From a virus, in the IMG/VR virus record IMGVR_UViG_3300044878_000031, positions 1 to 64,000 of that record: a DNA stretch of 64,000 bases; one strand, 5' to 3'. Numbering within the stretch: the stretch's first letter is position 1; the number at the start of each line of letters is the position of its first letter. Positions 19,762 through 30,380 of the stretch are shown here, one piece after another. A program made the translations under genes and the position numbers. The notes beneath the pieces were generated by a model. It saw only the letters and a program-made list of their open reading frames with translations, made no database searches and was not told the DNA's origin.

Positions 19762-21936
19762 TTAGGACTGCTTCTTATAGACAAACCGCATCCCGGCACA
19801 TTCCAGGATATGATCAACGAAGACATTGTTGCGACCATTCCCCACAGGGAATTCTTTCCGGTCAATGACTTCTTTGATGTCAGTCGGTTTATCTGCCCGA
19901 TAGATATTAGCCAGGATCTCCTTACCAACGGTTGGGTTGTTCGACTGGTCAATGATGTCTGCCCAGACTTCGCCACCACAAGTAGCGGCACCCAAACGTA
20001 CTTCTGCTTCACCTGTCATACGAACAGGTTGTGCAGCACCAGGGTAACTGTTCTTGTCGCTCTTGGTAATCTTCGCAGGAATGCCGTGGTGTTGCAGCTT
20101 AGCCGAGGAAACCCCAGACCAATCGCCACCAGTCTTTTCCAGAACGATGATATACGCACTGCCAATCAGCACCGATTCTTTGGTGATGATTTCCTTGCCG
20201 GTGTAACCGATGAACTTCACCGGACCGTAAACTGGAGGGTATTCTGCCCGCAGTTCGTCGATCATGGTTGGGTAATCAATCGGGTTGTTGTTCGGCATCC
20301 ACAGATAGATCCCGTCACGCAGTACAGCCATTACGTGAGGTTCACCCCGGTTAGGGTAATCGGGTTCTTCCATCATCTGCACCATCCAAGGTGAGCAGAT
20401 CTCATAGAAGCGCAGCAGCTTCTTATAAGCGATGTCGACTTTAGCCGGGTCCAGCTTGGCTTGTGCTACCGGCGTCATGAAACGCAAGAGTTGCTTGGTT
20501 TCTTTCGGAACGTCGCTGCCGTCACGTTTGAAGCCGAACAGTTCACGCAGTTGCTTGGTCAGGCGGTCTGCCGAAGCATTGATGTAAGGCTCGTACATGC
20601 AACCCAGGTTCATCCGCTTGATAACGGAGTAAGGTTCCATGATGATGTCAGCCCGATTACCTTCAGCGTCGACAGGCATCCGATGGGCTGGCCACACCTG
20701 ACAGATTACACCTTTGTTACCGTGACCCCCAGAAAGCTTCGCACCATCTGTAGGCTGCGTGTCAAACTCAATGGTGATCTCAACCCGCCAGTCATCCAAC
20801 GGCTGACGACGATAGGTCTTGGTAACTTGCTGACCTTGCGAGTTAGGCTTGTTGACGTAACCCAGGGCTTCCACGATCAAGCGGTGCAGTTCTGGAGAAA
20901 GAACCAAGTTCTTCTCGTGGGACTTACGCAGCTTGTTGTAAACGTCGAGGATCTTCTGGTAGAACTTCAGGGCAGCCTGATGATACTTGTTCATCTGGCG
21001 TTCCATCCCGACCGGAGTCGGAGGATTGCGGTTGGTATCGTCGTGATGTACCACCACGTCCACTACACGGGCCCCAGGAGTCACGTACGTCAGTCGGTCG
21101 TAGACGTAGTCCACTTCCTGCAACGCACCCACAGACATCTCCACAGGAGCTAGCAGCGGATCGTAAGGACGGGTAGCAAACAACAGACCGTCGTCACGAA
21201 CGTAATCCCCAATGTCTGGCCAAGGCTTATAGACGCCGGGGTTATTCTTGTCAGCATACAGGTTCAAGAACATGTGGTTCCGGCCAGCGGACTCAGTGTA
21301 CTTCTTGAAACCCTTTGCGGTGATGTCGGGCAGAACGTCGTCAGCCACGATTACACCGTCTTCAATCACCCCCGGCAATGACAGGTACACAACGTTCAGT
21401 TCACGACCAATGTTGTAGTTCCCGTCTTTATCCAGACTAGGCGAGTGAGCTACAACCGAACCTGCTGGGATGTGAGCCCCGGCAAACAGTTTGGAAGTAA
21501 CTTCTTTGTTGAACTGGTACTTGAAACCAAAGTACTGATGGTTACAATTGAAGCGTGGGACCGACATCATCCCAATCTCGCCAGTTTCTGCATCTTCGTA
21601 GATGTATACAGTTTCGGGGTTCTCGACGATGGTATCAACACCGACCGAGTAAGGGTATCGCTCAATCTCAGCGAGGATGTTCACATTGCGGTCGAACGTC
21701 TTGCTAAACGTGAATCGACCAAACTCACGCTCTGTGCCGGTTTGTTGCCGACGAGGTGTTGCTCCTTTGATAACCAACGCTTGACCGTATTGTGAGTTCA
21801 CCATCTGCACGCGGGAAGAACTGTTGCACCGAATGTGCGTGATCAGACTACCCTGGCCAGTGATTTCCGGGAACAGTTGATAATCTGTTGCCATCGGGTC
21901 ACTGTTGGTATAGTGCGGAATGGGTGTATCATTCAT
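19762..21936 (-). CDS. Non-virion RNAP beta C-terminal subunit (gp71-73-like)
   Basis: EDGVIV, GAKLSGGHGNKGVI, MP...ADIIMEPYSVIKRMNLG, RMTGEAE. Confidence 0.9.
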   Translation of the reverse strand: MNDTPIPHYTNSDPMATDYQLFPEITGQGSLITHIRCNSSSRVQMVNSQYGQALVIKGATPRRQQTGTEREFGRFTFSKTFDRNVNILAEIERYPYSVGVDTIVENPETVYIYEDAETGEIGMMSVPRFNCNHQYFGFKYQFNKEVTSKLFAGAHIPAGSVVAHSPSLDKDGNYNIGRELNVVYLSLPGVIEDGVIVADDVLPDITAKGFKKYTESAGRNHMFLNLYADKNNPGVYKPWPDIGDYVRDDGLLFATRPYDPLLAPVEMSVGALQEVDYVYDRLTYVTPGARVVDVVVHHDDTNRNPPTPVGMERQMNKYHQAALKFYQKILDVYNKLRKSHEKNLVLSPELHRLIVEALGYVNKPNSQGQQVTKTYRRQPLDDWRVEITIEFDTQPTDGAKLSGGHGNKGVICQVWPAHRMPVDAEGNRADIIMEPYSVIKRMNLGCMYEPYINASADRLTKQLRELFGFKRDGSDVPKETKQLLRFMTPVAQAKLDPAKVDIAYKKLLRFYEICSPWMVQMMEEPDYPNRGEPHVMAVLRDGIYLWMPNNNPIDYPTMIDELRAEYPPVYGPVKFIGYTGKEIITKESVLIGSAYIIVLEKTGGDWSGVSSAKLQHHGIPAKITKSDKNSYPGAAQPVRMTGEAEVRLGAATCGGEVWADIIDQSNNPTVGKEILANIYRADKPTDIKEVIDRKEFPVGNGRNNVFVDHILECAGMRFVYKKQS

Positions 21937-22001
21937 AAAGCGCTCCTGACAGAGGGAGTAAGATTACAAGATCATGGCGCACGTGCCAAGTGATCACAGT
22001 A

Positions 22002-22009
22002 ATAATATA
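22002..22009 (-). promoter_or_regulatory. Early promoter variant TATATTAT driving the nvRNAP operon
   Basis: TTTGAAACC-TATATTAT-TACT-GTGA. Confidence 0.6.
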
Positions 22010-22047
22010 GGTTTCAAAAGTTTTTTGATGAATGCGAGGTTTTTAAG

Positions 22048-22392
22048 ATGGCCATGCCTATTACCCAGAAGTTAGCAGAACCTGGGGCTGCGGTCTATTA
22101 TGACCAAGTCTTCAGGCGAGTGTTGGAAACCCACATGGGGTTGTTACGCAATCTCGAGGAAACACGCTACATCGAGATCGAGAAACACCTAGCTTACAAG
22201 TACGAGTACGATTTCTATGGACTCTTACAAGAGCTACGCATCCCACTCCATCTACATTGGGTCGTGCTGCGGGTAAACAACATGGTTGATCCACGTGAGT
22301 TCAAGTCAACAATGGAGCGGTTCCTGTTTCCTCCGGCTGAAGTCGTAGACAACATCCGCAAGTTACACGCCACCACTGCCAACAAACTCTGA
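22048..22392 (+). CDS. Putative baseplate protein (T4 gp53/LysM-like)
   Basis: HLHWVVLRVNNMVDP motif; GAGG RBS. Confidence 0.5.
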   Translation: MAMPITQKLAEPGAAVYYDQVFRRVLETHMGLLRNLEETRYIEIEKHLAYKYEYDFYGLLQELRIPLHLHWVVLRVNNMVDPREFKSTMERFLFPPAEVVDNIRKLHATTANKL

Positions 22393-22433
22393 AAAAAAAA
22401 GCAGGGGTGTGAGCCCCTGCTTTATGCCGCTAG

Positions 22434-23771
22434 TTAGATCCCGTTAGGGAACATCACTTGCTGCGGTTGTGTAGCGAACAGATTCGGTTGGGCAAACGGT
22501 GTAGCTGCTTGCTGGAAGCCGAATGGCTGTGGCGCTTGTTGCTGGTAACCACCACGGGACATTTGCACCGGAGCTTGATACGGCTGAGGTGCGGCGAACG
22601 GTTGTGGGTTGAAACGTTGTTGCTGCTGGAGCATGGCCTGCTGTTGTTGCAACACTGGGTTGTGCGCTACTACAGAGTTCCACGAGATGCCGCCACCACT
22701 GGTGCTAGCCGCTGGGGCTGGTGCCGGTGCTGGAGCTACAGGTGGGAAGGTCGACTGACCATTCCAAGGCAGGTTCGGCTCTAGCGGCTTGGCTTCGGCT
22801 TCGCGCTCGACCACCGCTTGTGCGAACTTCGCGGTGTTGACTTGCGGATGTTGGTGGACATGCGGGGCGGCCACGGGCTTCTGTGCAGGTTCACTGCCAT
22901 CACCCACGTCACCTTCGTTGCCTTGCAGCGACGGGATCAGATCACGGAATTGTGCCAGATCGTCGATGTGCTCAGCGAAGTCCAGGGAGATGTGGAGTTC
23001 TTCCGGGTTGTCCAGATGCTTACGGAACAGGTGAGTGATCTTGTTCAGCTTCTTGGCAACCTTGACGAACGCCGACAACAGCGCGTGCAGGTTTGGAGCA
23101 GCCAGGCTACCGCTACCGAAGGAGTAGGCTTCCGGTACGTCAGCATCAGGCAGGATGTAGTCGAACAGAGCCAAGATGGCCTTCTTGTTCTTCTGCGATG
23201 CCATGTTGACGCCGTAGGCTTTGGTGCCTTCAGACTTCAGCTCTTCAACCAGTGGGAAATCCACGACGGCTACACGCTGATAGCCTTTGCCTTTGTAGGT
23301 GCCACCGCGCTTGATGAACAGGGAGACCATGCGGCGTTCACCGTCAATCGACAGTACATCCAGCAGGTTTTCCAGCTTCTTCAGCGTTTCTGCGTTCACG
23401 TTCGGGATCAGTGAAAGGAACTCAGTTTGAGTCGGCGACAACTTCTTGTGGTACTCGTGATCCACAGCGATGCCCATCAGCTCAGACATCAAGCAGGTGG
23501 TCACCGTAGTGATACGAGACATGACCGCCACTTTCAGCTTACGCAGGATTGGCGACTCGCCGCGAATGATCGCTTCGGCCATTGGGTGGAACGCGATCTG
23601 ATGTTCCCAGTCGGGCTTCAACAGAATCTCGTTGGTTGGCAGCACCATGCGTTTGCCACTACATTGTGCCGGTACTTTCTCGTTGCCGATGACGTAGCTG
23701 ATCATTGCGCTGTCGTCGGCAACGAAGTTGACCGATCCAAGAATGGAACGGTACAGTTCGATGATTGTCAT
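22434..23771 (-). CDS. Conserved phiKZ-like protein (gp70-like) with Q/P-rich low-complexity tail
   Basis: ATGA coupling to upstream gene; synteny between PicA and RNAP betaC. Confidence 0.65.
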   Translation of the reverse strand: MTIIELYRSILGSVNFVADDSAMISYVIGNEKVPAQCSGKRMVLPTNEILLKPDWEHQIAFHPMAEAIIRGESPILRKLKVAVMSRITTVTTCLMSELMGIAVDHEYHKKLSPTQTEFLSLIPNVNAETLKKLENLLDVLSIDGERRMVSLFIKRGGTYKGKGYQRVAVVDFPLVEELKSEGTKAYGVNMASQKNKKAILALFDYILPDADVPEAYSFGSGSLAAPNLHALLSAFVKVAKKLNKITHLFRKHLDNPEELHISLDFAEHIDDLAQFRDLIPSLQGNEGDVGDGSEPAQKPVAAPHVHQHPQVNTAKFAQAVVEREAEAKPLEPNLPWNGQSTFPPVAPAPAPAPAASTSGGGISWNSVVAHNPVLQQQQAMLQQQQRFNPQPFAAPQPYQAPVQMSRGGYQQQAPQPFGFQQAATPFAQPNLFATQPQQVMFPNGI

Positions 23772-25279
23772 ATGCTGCTTTCCCAAGGGGTGAAGAGACT
23801 GGACCCTTGTTGTGGGGTCACGATCATGTTGCTTTGTGGCTGGTGCTGGGCGTGTTGAATTGGCTGACTGGTATCAACCGAATGCTTCACATCCAGATTC
23901 CGAGCGATCTGCTCGAAGTCCTTCACCAGACCAAAGACCTGTTCCTTGTTATAGGACATTACCGGAGCGAACAGTGCCGATGCGAAGGTAGGGTTACAGT
24001 ACTCGTACATGTGCCCTCCCTGCATACTGACGTTGATCCGGGTTTCACCGTGCATGTCAATCATGGCGGTGATGTGGAACTTGACCTGACGGTTCTGCGA
24101 CAAGCTTTGCAGTACCGAAGTGATCAGGCGCTGTTGGAAGGTTTGGATGTAGCTGGTCATGTCGAACTTGGCGAATGCCTGATAGTTCTTAACCTGCACA
24201 TCGTACTCACCACCAAAGGTATCGTTGGTTGCAATGAACGCGATACCCGTCAACAGCAGGTCAGCCATGATGGCTGGCACTTGGATAGCCATGGCAGTAG
24301 CTGCCAGAGTTTCCATGTTCGAAGCATTCCAGTCAGCACTGGTGCCACGCTGGTGCAAAGCGTGAACGTACTTGGACTCGCCACCAGTCAAGGCGGCTAC
24401 AGTGTCCAGACCGGGAGACACAGTGCAAAGGGCACCGTAAGTAATGCTACCGTCTTCGGCGAAGTTCAGGGTGCGGCAGATTGCATGGAACAACGGATCT
24501 TCGTTGATCACACCTTCAGCCACGTTGCCGATCGCATACTGCATCGCGTCAGGCATTGTCCCCATGCCACCCATACCGTTTACTACCGAGTCACGATAGT
24601 TCGACAGTACCTTGGCAGCGTAGTGCCCAGGCATTTCGTTGGTCAGGCTGGACTTCTTCGGCATCAGGTCAGCAAAGACCAGTCGTCCGTCGGAGTAGTA
24701 GTCGCCACCAGTCTGCGAGGAAATCTCCAGTACCGAGAAGATGTCTTCTGGGCGGATGGACATTGCTACGCTTTCTTGGCTGGCGTTGAAGCTTGGGTTG
24801 TACTCGCCGAACAGCAGGTGACTGGAATCAATCACGCTGGAACGGAAGCCACCGACACCGTTGGATACGTGTTGTACCGAAACGGTCTTGTCGAAGTACA
24901 GCTTCATGTTCGGGTCGAACACTACGTTCAGGCTGTCAACCCGGTGGTAGCCTGGGTAGTTGGTGTAGCCAGTCACGTAAGTGATCAGGTCAGCACCCAT
25001 AGCCCGGCTGTGTACTTCCATCATGAAACGCAGGCGCTGTTCACCGAAGCCGTTTGCAATCTGGACTTGGTGAGTAAGGTCTGCGGACGGTTTGAGGATT
25101 TGCCCACCGATCCCTGAGAGAACACCCGCGTTGATCACTTTGCCATTGCGGGTCAGCTCTTGCATCATCGACAGCTTCTGTGTGTCAACGTTGTCGCCCA
25201 AGTAGAACGAGCGCAAGAACTGGTCGTTGTACGTACCGGTTGGGCAGAACAACAGTTGTTTAATCACGAAGTTGGACAT
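23768..25279 (-). CDS. picA: Probable PicA/Imp1 phage-nucleus protein import factor (gp69-like)
   Basis: 503 aa; synteny ChmC - gp68 - PicA - gp70 - RNAP betaC (position-based). Confidence 0.6.
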   Translation of the reverse strand: MSNFVIKQLLFCPTGTYNDQFLRSFYLGDNVDTQKLSMMQELTRNGKVINAGVLSGIGGQILKPSADLTHQVQIANGFGEQRLRFMMEVHSRAMGADLITYVTGYTNYPGYHRVDSLNVVFDPNMKLYFDKTVSVQHVSNGVGGFRSSVIDSSHLLFGEYNPSFNASQESVAMSIRPEDIFSVLEISSQTGGDYYSDGRLVFADLMPKKSSLTNEMPGHYAAKVLSNYRDSVVNGMGGMGTMPDAMQYAIGNVAEGVINEDPLFHAICRTLNFAEDGSITYGALCTVSPGLDTVAALTGGESKYVHALHQRGTSADWNASNMETLAATAMAIQVPAIMADLLLTGIAFIATNDTFGGEYDVQVKNYQAFAKFDMTSYIQTFQQRLITSVLQSLSQNRQVKFHITAMIDMHGETRINVSMQGGHMYEYCNPTFASALFAPVMSYNKEQVFGLVKDFEQIARNLDVKHSVDTSQPIQHAQHQPQSNMIVTPQQGSSLFTPWESSI

Positions 25280-25309
25280 CTTTAGACCTTCTCAGTCAGT
25301 AGTTTAGAT

Positions 25310-26830
25310 TTAAGCTGGAATGCGTTCGAGGATCAAACGTGCCAACTGGTTCTTGATCTCAGCAGGAACGACCATATCGCCATTGACGATAAAGCGTTGT
25401 ACTTCAGGCAACAGTTCCCGAGGGAGGTTCAAACTCCAGTACGACTTGGACATCTCGGCGACCAACAGGTTGATTGCACGAATGGCCACGTTGTTTTGAC
25501 GGTCAGACTGTTGCTTACCACCTTGACGCTGGGAGTAAGGGCAGCGTTCCATCAGAGCTGCGATGTACTCTTTCGAGACACGAGCGCGGTAGTCACCAGT
25601 ACCCATCGCGTATTCTTCATCGAAGATCACAGGCTGGGCCGACATCAGTGCTGCCAACTCTTTGAAACCCCAGTGCCACAACAGAGCTTGGGTTACACCC
25701 ATGGTCCGCAGCAGTGCTGGTTTGCTCAGGCTTGGGATAGCCCGTGCCGACAACGATTTGCTCATTACCCATTGACACAAGGTCATGTGGTGTTGCTCAA
25801 TGCGCATACCCGTCATCCGAGTCACGATCCCTACAAAACCATCAACCAACTCCAGCGGTACGGTCGGATCAACCTTCCGCGCCATAGCAGTATAGTTCTC
25901 TGTATAAACAGACAGCATGACGATGTCACCGTTGGACACCTCTTGCTTGATCTTGTAGTTCTCTGCCGAAGACATGTTATCTTCTTCGGACTTTTCGGAC
26001 TTGTTGGTTTTCGGGATGATTGCCCCGTCTTTCCAGAAGTTCCGATCCATCGAGCGCAGGCTAGTGTCGATGGTGTGGTAAACGTTGGAGATCACGCTGG
26101 AGTTGTTATCCTCCACGGTCACTTCACCAATGCTCACCTTACGGACAATCACCTTGGCCAATAGCCAGTCTGGTGTTTCCGTTGGGCCGAGTGCCTTGAA
26201 TACCGCACCGTTGGAGATCTTCTCCGTCGAAGCGTACGAGTCAATGTAGACTCGCAGACGTTCCATTGCTGGGCAGTCGTACAACCACGATTTGCCGATG
26301 AGGGCCAAAGCGTAGTACTCTTTGAAGTTGTTGCCGACTTGAGACACGATGATCTCAACGAACTCACCAAAGATAGGAACCATTGGGCGATGAGCTACCG
26401 ACATGATTGCCAGTTGGTAGTAGTCTTCCCGCAGGTAAGTCTTGTCTTGTGGCTTGTCGTCGTATTCCGTCTTGGTAGTCGTGGGGATTACAATCTTCCC
26501 AGTGTACCGCAGGAACCCAGTCAAGTCTTCCTGATTGATGTGGCTGTAAAGCTCTTTGACCAGTGGAATCAGGCGAGCCCTCATCCGGGTCATCTCTGCA
26601 ACGTTTTTGATCACGTCGTAGATTTCACAGTAGCAAGCCCAGATTTTATCCTGATGGGCTGACGGTAGTTGAGCAAAGAACTCGTTGATCTGCGTGAACA
26701 GATTTGGGAGATCCTTGAAGTTGTTCCGACGGTACAGAATCGAAACGCCCCAGTCCAGCGACTCATCCCCGTGCACGATACGGAGTGTAGTGAGTTCGCT
26801 AGCCTTCTCACTGATATTGATTATCTGCAT
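25310..26830 (-). CDS. Non-virion RNAP specificity subunit (gp68-like)
   Basis: 506 aa, helical; conserved position; early-promoter variant upstream (26861-26870). Confidence 0.65.
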   Translation of the reverse strand: MQIINISEKASELTTLRIVHGDESLDWGVSILYRRNNFKDLPNLFTQINEFFAQLPSAHQDKIWACYCEIYDVIKNVAEMTRMRARLIPLVKELYSHINQEDLTGFLRYTGKIVIPTTTKTEYDDKPQDKTYLREDYYQLAIMSVAHRPMVPIFGEFVEIIVSQVGNNFKEYYALALIGKSWLYDCPAMERLRVYIDSYASTEKISNGAVFKALGPTETPDWLLAKVIVRKVSIGEVTVEDNNSSVISNVYHTIDTSLRSMDRNFWKDGAIIPKTNKSEKSEEDNMSSAENYKIKQEVSNGDIVMLSVYTENYTAMARKVDPTVPLELVDGFVGIVTRMTGMRIEQHHMTLCQWVMSKSLSARAIPSLSKPALLRTMGVTQALLWHWGFKELAALMSAQPVIFDEEYAMGTGDYRARVSKEYIAALMERCPYSQRQGGKQQSDRQNNVAIRAINLLVAEMSKSYWSLNLPRELLPEVQRFIVNGDMVVPAEIKNQLARLILERIPA

Positions 26831-26973
26831 ACGAACTTCCTAGTGAGGTGCTACAACTGGATGATATATACTTCAAATAACTTCAAGTCAACTTTACTCG
26901 ACTCTGGTTATTAGGGGTAATAGACTAAAGGAAAGAGCAGGTCGTATTGACCCACCCTTTCCTTTGTCCTTAG

Positions 26974-27717
26974 TTACATCGGGAAGTCGTCTTCACCGAA
27001 GCCGCTGTCATTGGACTGACCGCCGCCTTGATCACGCTTCCAACCACCGCTTTGACCGCCGCCCTGCTGGCCGCCACCTTGGCGTTGACCGCCACCGTAG
27101 TTACCACCACCGCCACCTTGACGCTGGCCACCGCCCTGCTGATCTTTCTTGACAGGCTCGACGTACTCTTTCACCGCCACGGCACCCATCATGTCTTCGA
27201 GCATGTTGGCGTAGCCTTTCAGGTAGAAGTTCGATGCACGACGCTTCTCCATCGGTTCGCCGTTCACGTCGATCATGACGTGGTAGTTCGAAGGCAGCAT
27301 CGAGAACTTCAGGTACGGACGGTCTTTGGCAACGCAGGCCAGGAACAGCACGCCGTCTTTGTCACGACCAACCAGAGTAGTCGAAACCAGTTTCGGGTGA
27401 TCCGAACGCTTGCCTTCGAAGAAGGTGTGGTTCAGGTTCTGGAGCTTGAGGACTTGGTTGTCCTCGAGGTTGACCGCTTCCTTCATCAACTGGATCAGAG
27501 TGTAGAAGGTCGGCATGTCCATGGCACCACGGATGTTGCCGTTGTTCTTGTCGTTCGGGACGTTGGTGTATACGTCGATACGAGGGTTGTTCGACACCAA
27601 CGAGATAGCCCACGAGCCTGGCTTCTGCGCACCTTGTACCGGTGGGCAAGACAGACGCAGTTTGAATTCGTCCAGTGCGTTCTTTGGACGAGGTGGGGCT
27701 TGGAAGTTACCGGCCAT
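26974..27717 (-). CDS. chmC: Probable ChmC nucleus-associated RNA-binding protein (gp67-like)
   Basis: Folded N-terminal ~190 aa plus G/Q-rich disordered tail ending DDFPM; synteny. Confidence 0.6.
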   Translation of the reverse strand: MAGNFQAPPRPKNALDEFKLRLSCPPVQGAQKPGSWAISLVSNNPRIDVYTNVPNDKNNGNIRGAMDMPTFYTLIQLMKEAVNLEDNQVLKLQNLNHTFFEGKRSDHPKLVSTTLVGRDKDGVLFLACVAKDRPYLKFSMLPSNYHVMIDVNGEPMEKRRASNFYLKGYANMLEDMMGAVAVKEYVEPVKKDQQGGGQRQGGGGGNYGGGQRQGGGQQGGGQSGGWKRDQGGGQSNDSGFGEDDFPM

Positions 27718-27784
27718 TGTGATTCTCCAGACTTTTGTCGCTTACAAATAATGGGTAATCCCTGTAATCTAATACAGGTCTCTA

Positions 27785-28636
27785 TTAAAACATCGAAAGC
27801 AAGATAGCTTTGAACTGCGGATGGAGTGGTTCAGCGTTGATGTCCATTCGCATTTTGTCCAACGTCGTGGTGGGGTTCCAGCGACGAGCATCAGCTAACT
27901 CGATGATCTGCTTCTTCTCCTTTGCAGGAAAAGTGTTGAAGTGGACGCCGTCACCGAAGAACTGTAGGGTGACGTGGTTGAATGGCATCCGCTGCAAATC
28001 TTTACCGCCTGTGAGCTTACTGCTCCAAGAGGTGTAGGCTTTGATCTTGCCGGTGTGAGATTCCAGCAGTCGCAGCTTGGTGAAACTGTAACGCGAGAGC
28101 AAGTCCACAGGCATGTGGGTAATGATCAAGGCATTATCACGAGTCTCTGGAAGTTTCAAGTCGCCAGTGACTACCATGTAATCCAAGAACATCTCTTCTA
28201 ACTTACCCAGCAACTGTTGCTCTAGGGCTGCGTTGAAGTGTTGCTTCTCGGTCTTGGGCTCACGATGGAAACAGTGAGGGTACTTCTGCTTGAGGCTTTT
28301 ATAAGACAGCGCGTACGGCACTACCTTACAACGACCGTGGGTGTATTGCTGCACCGCACTGGAGATTACCTGTAACTCCGCAGTTACGGCGTCCAACAGT
28401 GGGTCAGGGAACACGTGGGTCTGGTTAGCGCTTGGGATTGCCCCCAAGATGTTACGGATCAGCGTACGCACGTTAATCCACAACGCATCAACGTCATGGA
28501 TCGGTGGTTTCGCTTTATGCTCAGGGTGGTCCTCGGAAATCCCGAAGACACTCTCCAAAGCCAGTGCAGTAGCAATGGAAACGGGAACTTGCGTTCCCAT
28601 CTCACGATTACCCAGCACCTGATAATATCTGTCCAT
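27785..28636 (-). CDS. Conserved protein, PIN/5'-nuclease-like fold (gp66-like)
   Basis: ALWINVRTLIRN N-terminal strand-helix, ITHMPVDL, FFGD; next to SbcD-like gene. Confidence 0.5.
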   Translation of the reverse strand: MDRYYQVLGNREMGTQVPVSIATALALESVFGISEDHPEHKAKPPIHDVDALWINVRTLIRNILGAIPSANQTHVFPDPLLDAVTAELQVISSAVQQYTHGRCKVVPYALSYKSLKQKYPHCFHREPKTEKQHFNAALEQQLLGKLEEMFLDYMVVTGDLKLPETRDNALIITHMPVDLLSRYSFTKLRLLESHTGKIKAYTSWSSKLTGGKDLQRMPFNHVTLQFFGDGVHFNTFPAKEKKQIIELADARRWNPTTTLDKMRMDINAEPLHPQFKAILLSMF

Positions 28637-29822
28637 TCAAAAGCTCCTGAGCCTTCTGGAGTAGATGGGGTGCAACGCCACGACTGCGTACACGTTCCAT
28701 CATCATCTCCACAACGTTCGTTCGAGTGATGGCTGCTGGGCTATAAGGAGTGATAATGCGGTTGACAGCTTCCCTGTGGACCTTCTCACCGTCGTTGAAC
28801 TTAGAGGAGACCCAATGTAGCGGGTAGCGCTCTTTGACTTCCTTGAAGCCTAGAGCTACCGGTGAAGCCTTGTCAGCAATGATGCGGACGTGACTGTCAA
28901 TCGGCATGGTGTCAATCAATCGGTCAATCGCAGCCAATGATTCTTCTAGAGGCAATCCTGTACAGTCGACGGACTTGTAAAGTTTCGCTCCCTCATTAAC
29001 TACGAATGTTATCTCATGATTTACATTGTCACGATCTACCACGACCCGGTAATGACCCTTGTCTTCTTCCTCACCATGACTCAGGCGATCGAGAGAACCT
29101 GCTGCTAGGATGTTACCGTACTGAGAACGCTTGTGGATGTGCCCACCGAATACAAAGTACTTGGTGATCCCCATGTAACGCTCAGGGATGTGTGTCGGCA
29201 CTGGAACGTGGGAAGGGAGCTGGTAGTTGAACGCACCGTGAAGAATGGTGAAGTCTACCTGTTCCAAACCTTTCTCGTTCATTTCCTTGCAAACGTCGAG
29301 CCACACGTCATCGGTGTCGTGTTTCCATTCGTCAGGAACGTACAGAACATTGATACCGAACTTCTCGATGTACTCGATGGACAGGACTTCAACGTACTTG
29401 ATGTCACAGCCCAGCTCAGCAATTTCGTTCTCTGCAATAAAGTGCGCTGACTGTTTCCAGTCGTGGGAAGGAGTGCCCTCCAGAATACGCACTATAATGT
29501 CACGACGTTTGCACATCGACAGGAACGAGAACATCCAACGGCGAATCTCAGGGATGTTCGGGTCAGGGTAATACATCAAGCGGTCGTACAGGTCACCAGC
29601 AATGATGATCATGTCCAACTCACCCGTCTCAGCGTTATCAGGGAACGCTTTGTACAGGTTCTTGATGATGTGGCTGGTCTTGGTGTTGTGGTGTCCTAGG
29701 TGCACGTCACCCAATTCACCAATGCGCAGCTTACGCCAAGTCGAACTCGTCTGAGAGGAATCCGTCTGAGGCAAGTGGGGCGTCGACGACGGCTTTAGCG
29801 GGAACGGAGCCTGGTCTAACAT
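28608..29822 (-). CDS. SbcD/Mre11-like metallophosphoesterase nuclease
   Basis: GDVHLG, AGDLYD, EGTPSHD, ILHG, GGHIH; start MLDQ chosen for its GAGG RBS; overlaps upstream ORF. Confidence 0.85.
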   Translation of the reverse strand: MLDQAPFPLKPSSTPHLPQTDSSQTSSTWRKLRIGELGDVHLGHHNTKTSHIIKNLYKAFPDNAETGELDMIIIAGDLYDRLMYYPDPNIPEIRRWMFSFLSMCKRRDIIVRILEGTPSHDWKQSAHFIAENEIAELGCDIKYVEVLSIEYIEKFGINVLYVPDEWKHDTDDVWLDVCKEMNEKGLEQVDFTILHGAFNYQLPSHVPVPTHIPERYMGITKYFVFGGHIHKRSQYGNILAAGSLDRLSHGEEEDKGHYRVVVDRDNVNHEITFVVNEGAKLYKSVDCTGLPLEESLAAIDRLIDTMPIDSHVRIIADKASPVALGFKEVKERYPLHWVSSKFNDGEKVHREAVNRIITPYSPAAITRTNVVEMMMERVRSRGVAPHLLQKAQELLNGQILSGAG

Positions 29823-30300
29823 CTGTTGCATCCTCAGGGATTTCTGAAATTCCGTAGTAGTCAAACACTTTGCGCCACTCGGCGACTTCAGCGTTGTCTA
29901 AACGGCCTGAGAGAATGCGATCACGCAGACAGTTGTTCAGGTACTTCTGCCCCAAGTTCGGGATCACGTCGTCTTTCTGGATAGCCTTGGTAACATGCTC
30001 AAACATGCTATCACGCGGACTACGAGCCAGACCGAAGTTCATTGGGCGTCCAATCGCTGGACACTTGAACAACATCGTGTTACCAGACCACACAGTGATC
30101 GGGCGGAGTACAGAGTCGGACACACGCAACCAAGCTTCAAAAGAAGTCGGTGGAGTCTTACTCAGGATCAACGGCAAAATGGTTTCACGGAACTGTGGTT
30201 CCTGAACACGGGGGAGATCTTCGTCGAACGCGCGGCTTAATACTTCGAAGGCTTCCTTCACTCTGTCGTCGTTAGGTACCGGTTTGCTTAATGGATTCAT
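29731..30300 (-). CDS. Conserved phiKZ-like hypothetical protein
   Basis: 189 aa, GAGGA RBS. Confidence 0.7.
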   Translation of the reverse strand: MNPLSKPVPNDDRVKEAFEVLSRAFDEDLPRVQEPQFRETILPLILSKTPPTSFEAWLRVSDSVLRPITVWSGNTMLFKCPAIGRPMNFGLARSPRDSMFEHVTKAIQKDDVIPNLGQKYLNNCLRDRILSGRLDNAEVAEWRKVFDYYGISEIPEDATDVRPGSVPAKAVVDAPLASDGFLSDEFDLA

Positions 30301-30380
30301 GATATTCCTCTCACGAAAGAACCAGGGTTACATACCCTAGTCCTTTCGCATAAAGAGTTACGTGTGATTGAGCGGTACTT

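Noticed and set aside
27000-27140. GGC/CAG-rich short repeats
   Set aside because: They encode the G/Q-rich tail of the ChmC-like protein; not a CRISPR array or DNA repeat element.
29731-29864. Possible frameshift fusion of 29731-30300 with the SbcD-like gene
   Set aside because: No slippery run; a GAGG RBS with ATG at 29822 explains it as a simple overlap.
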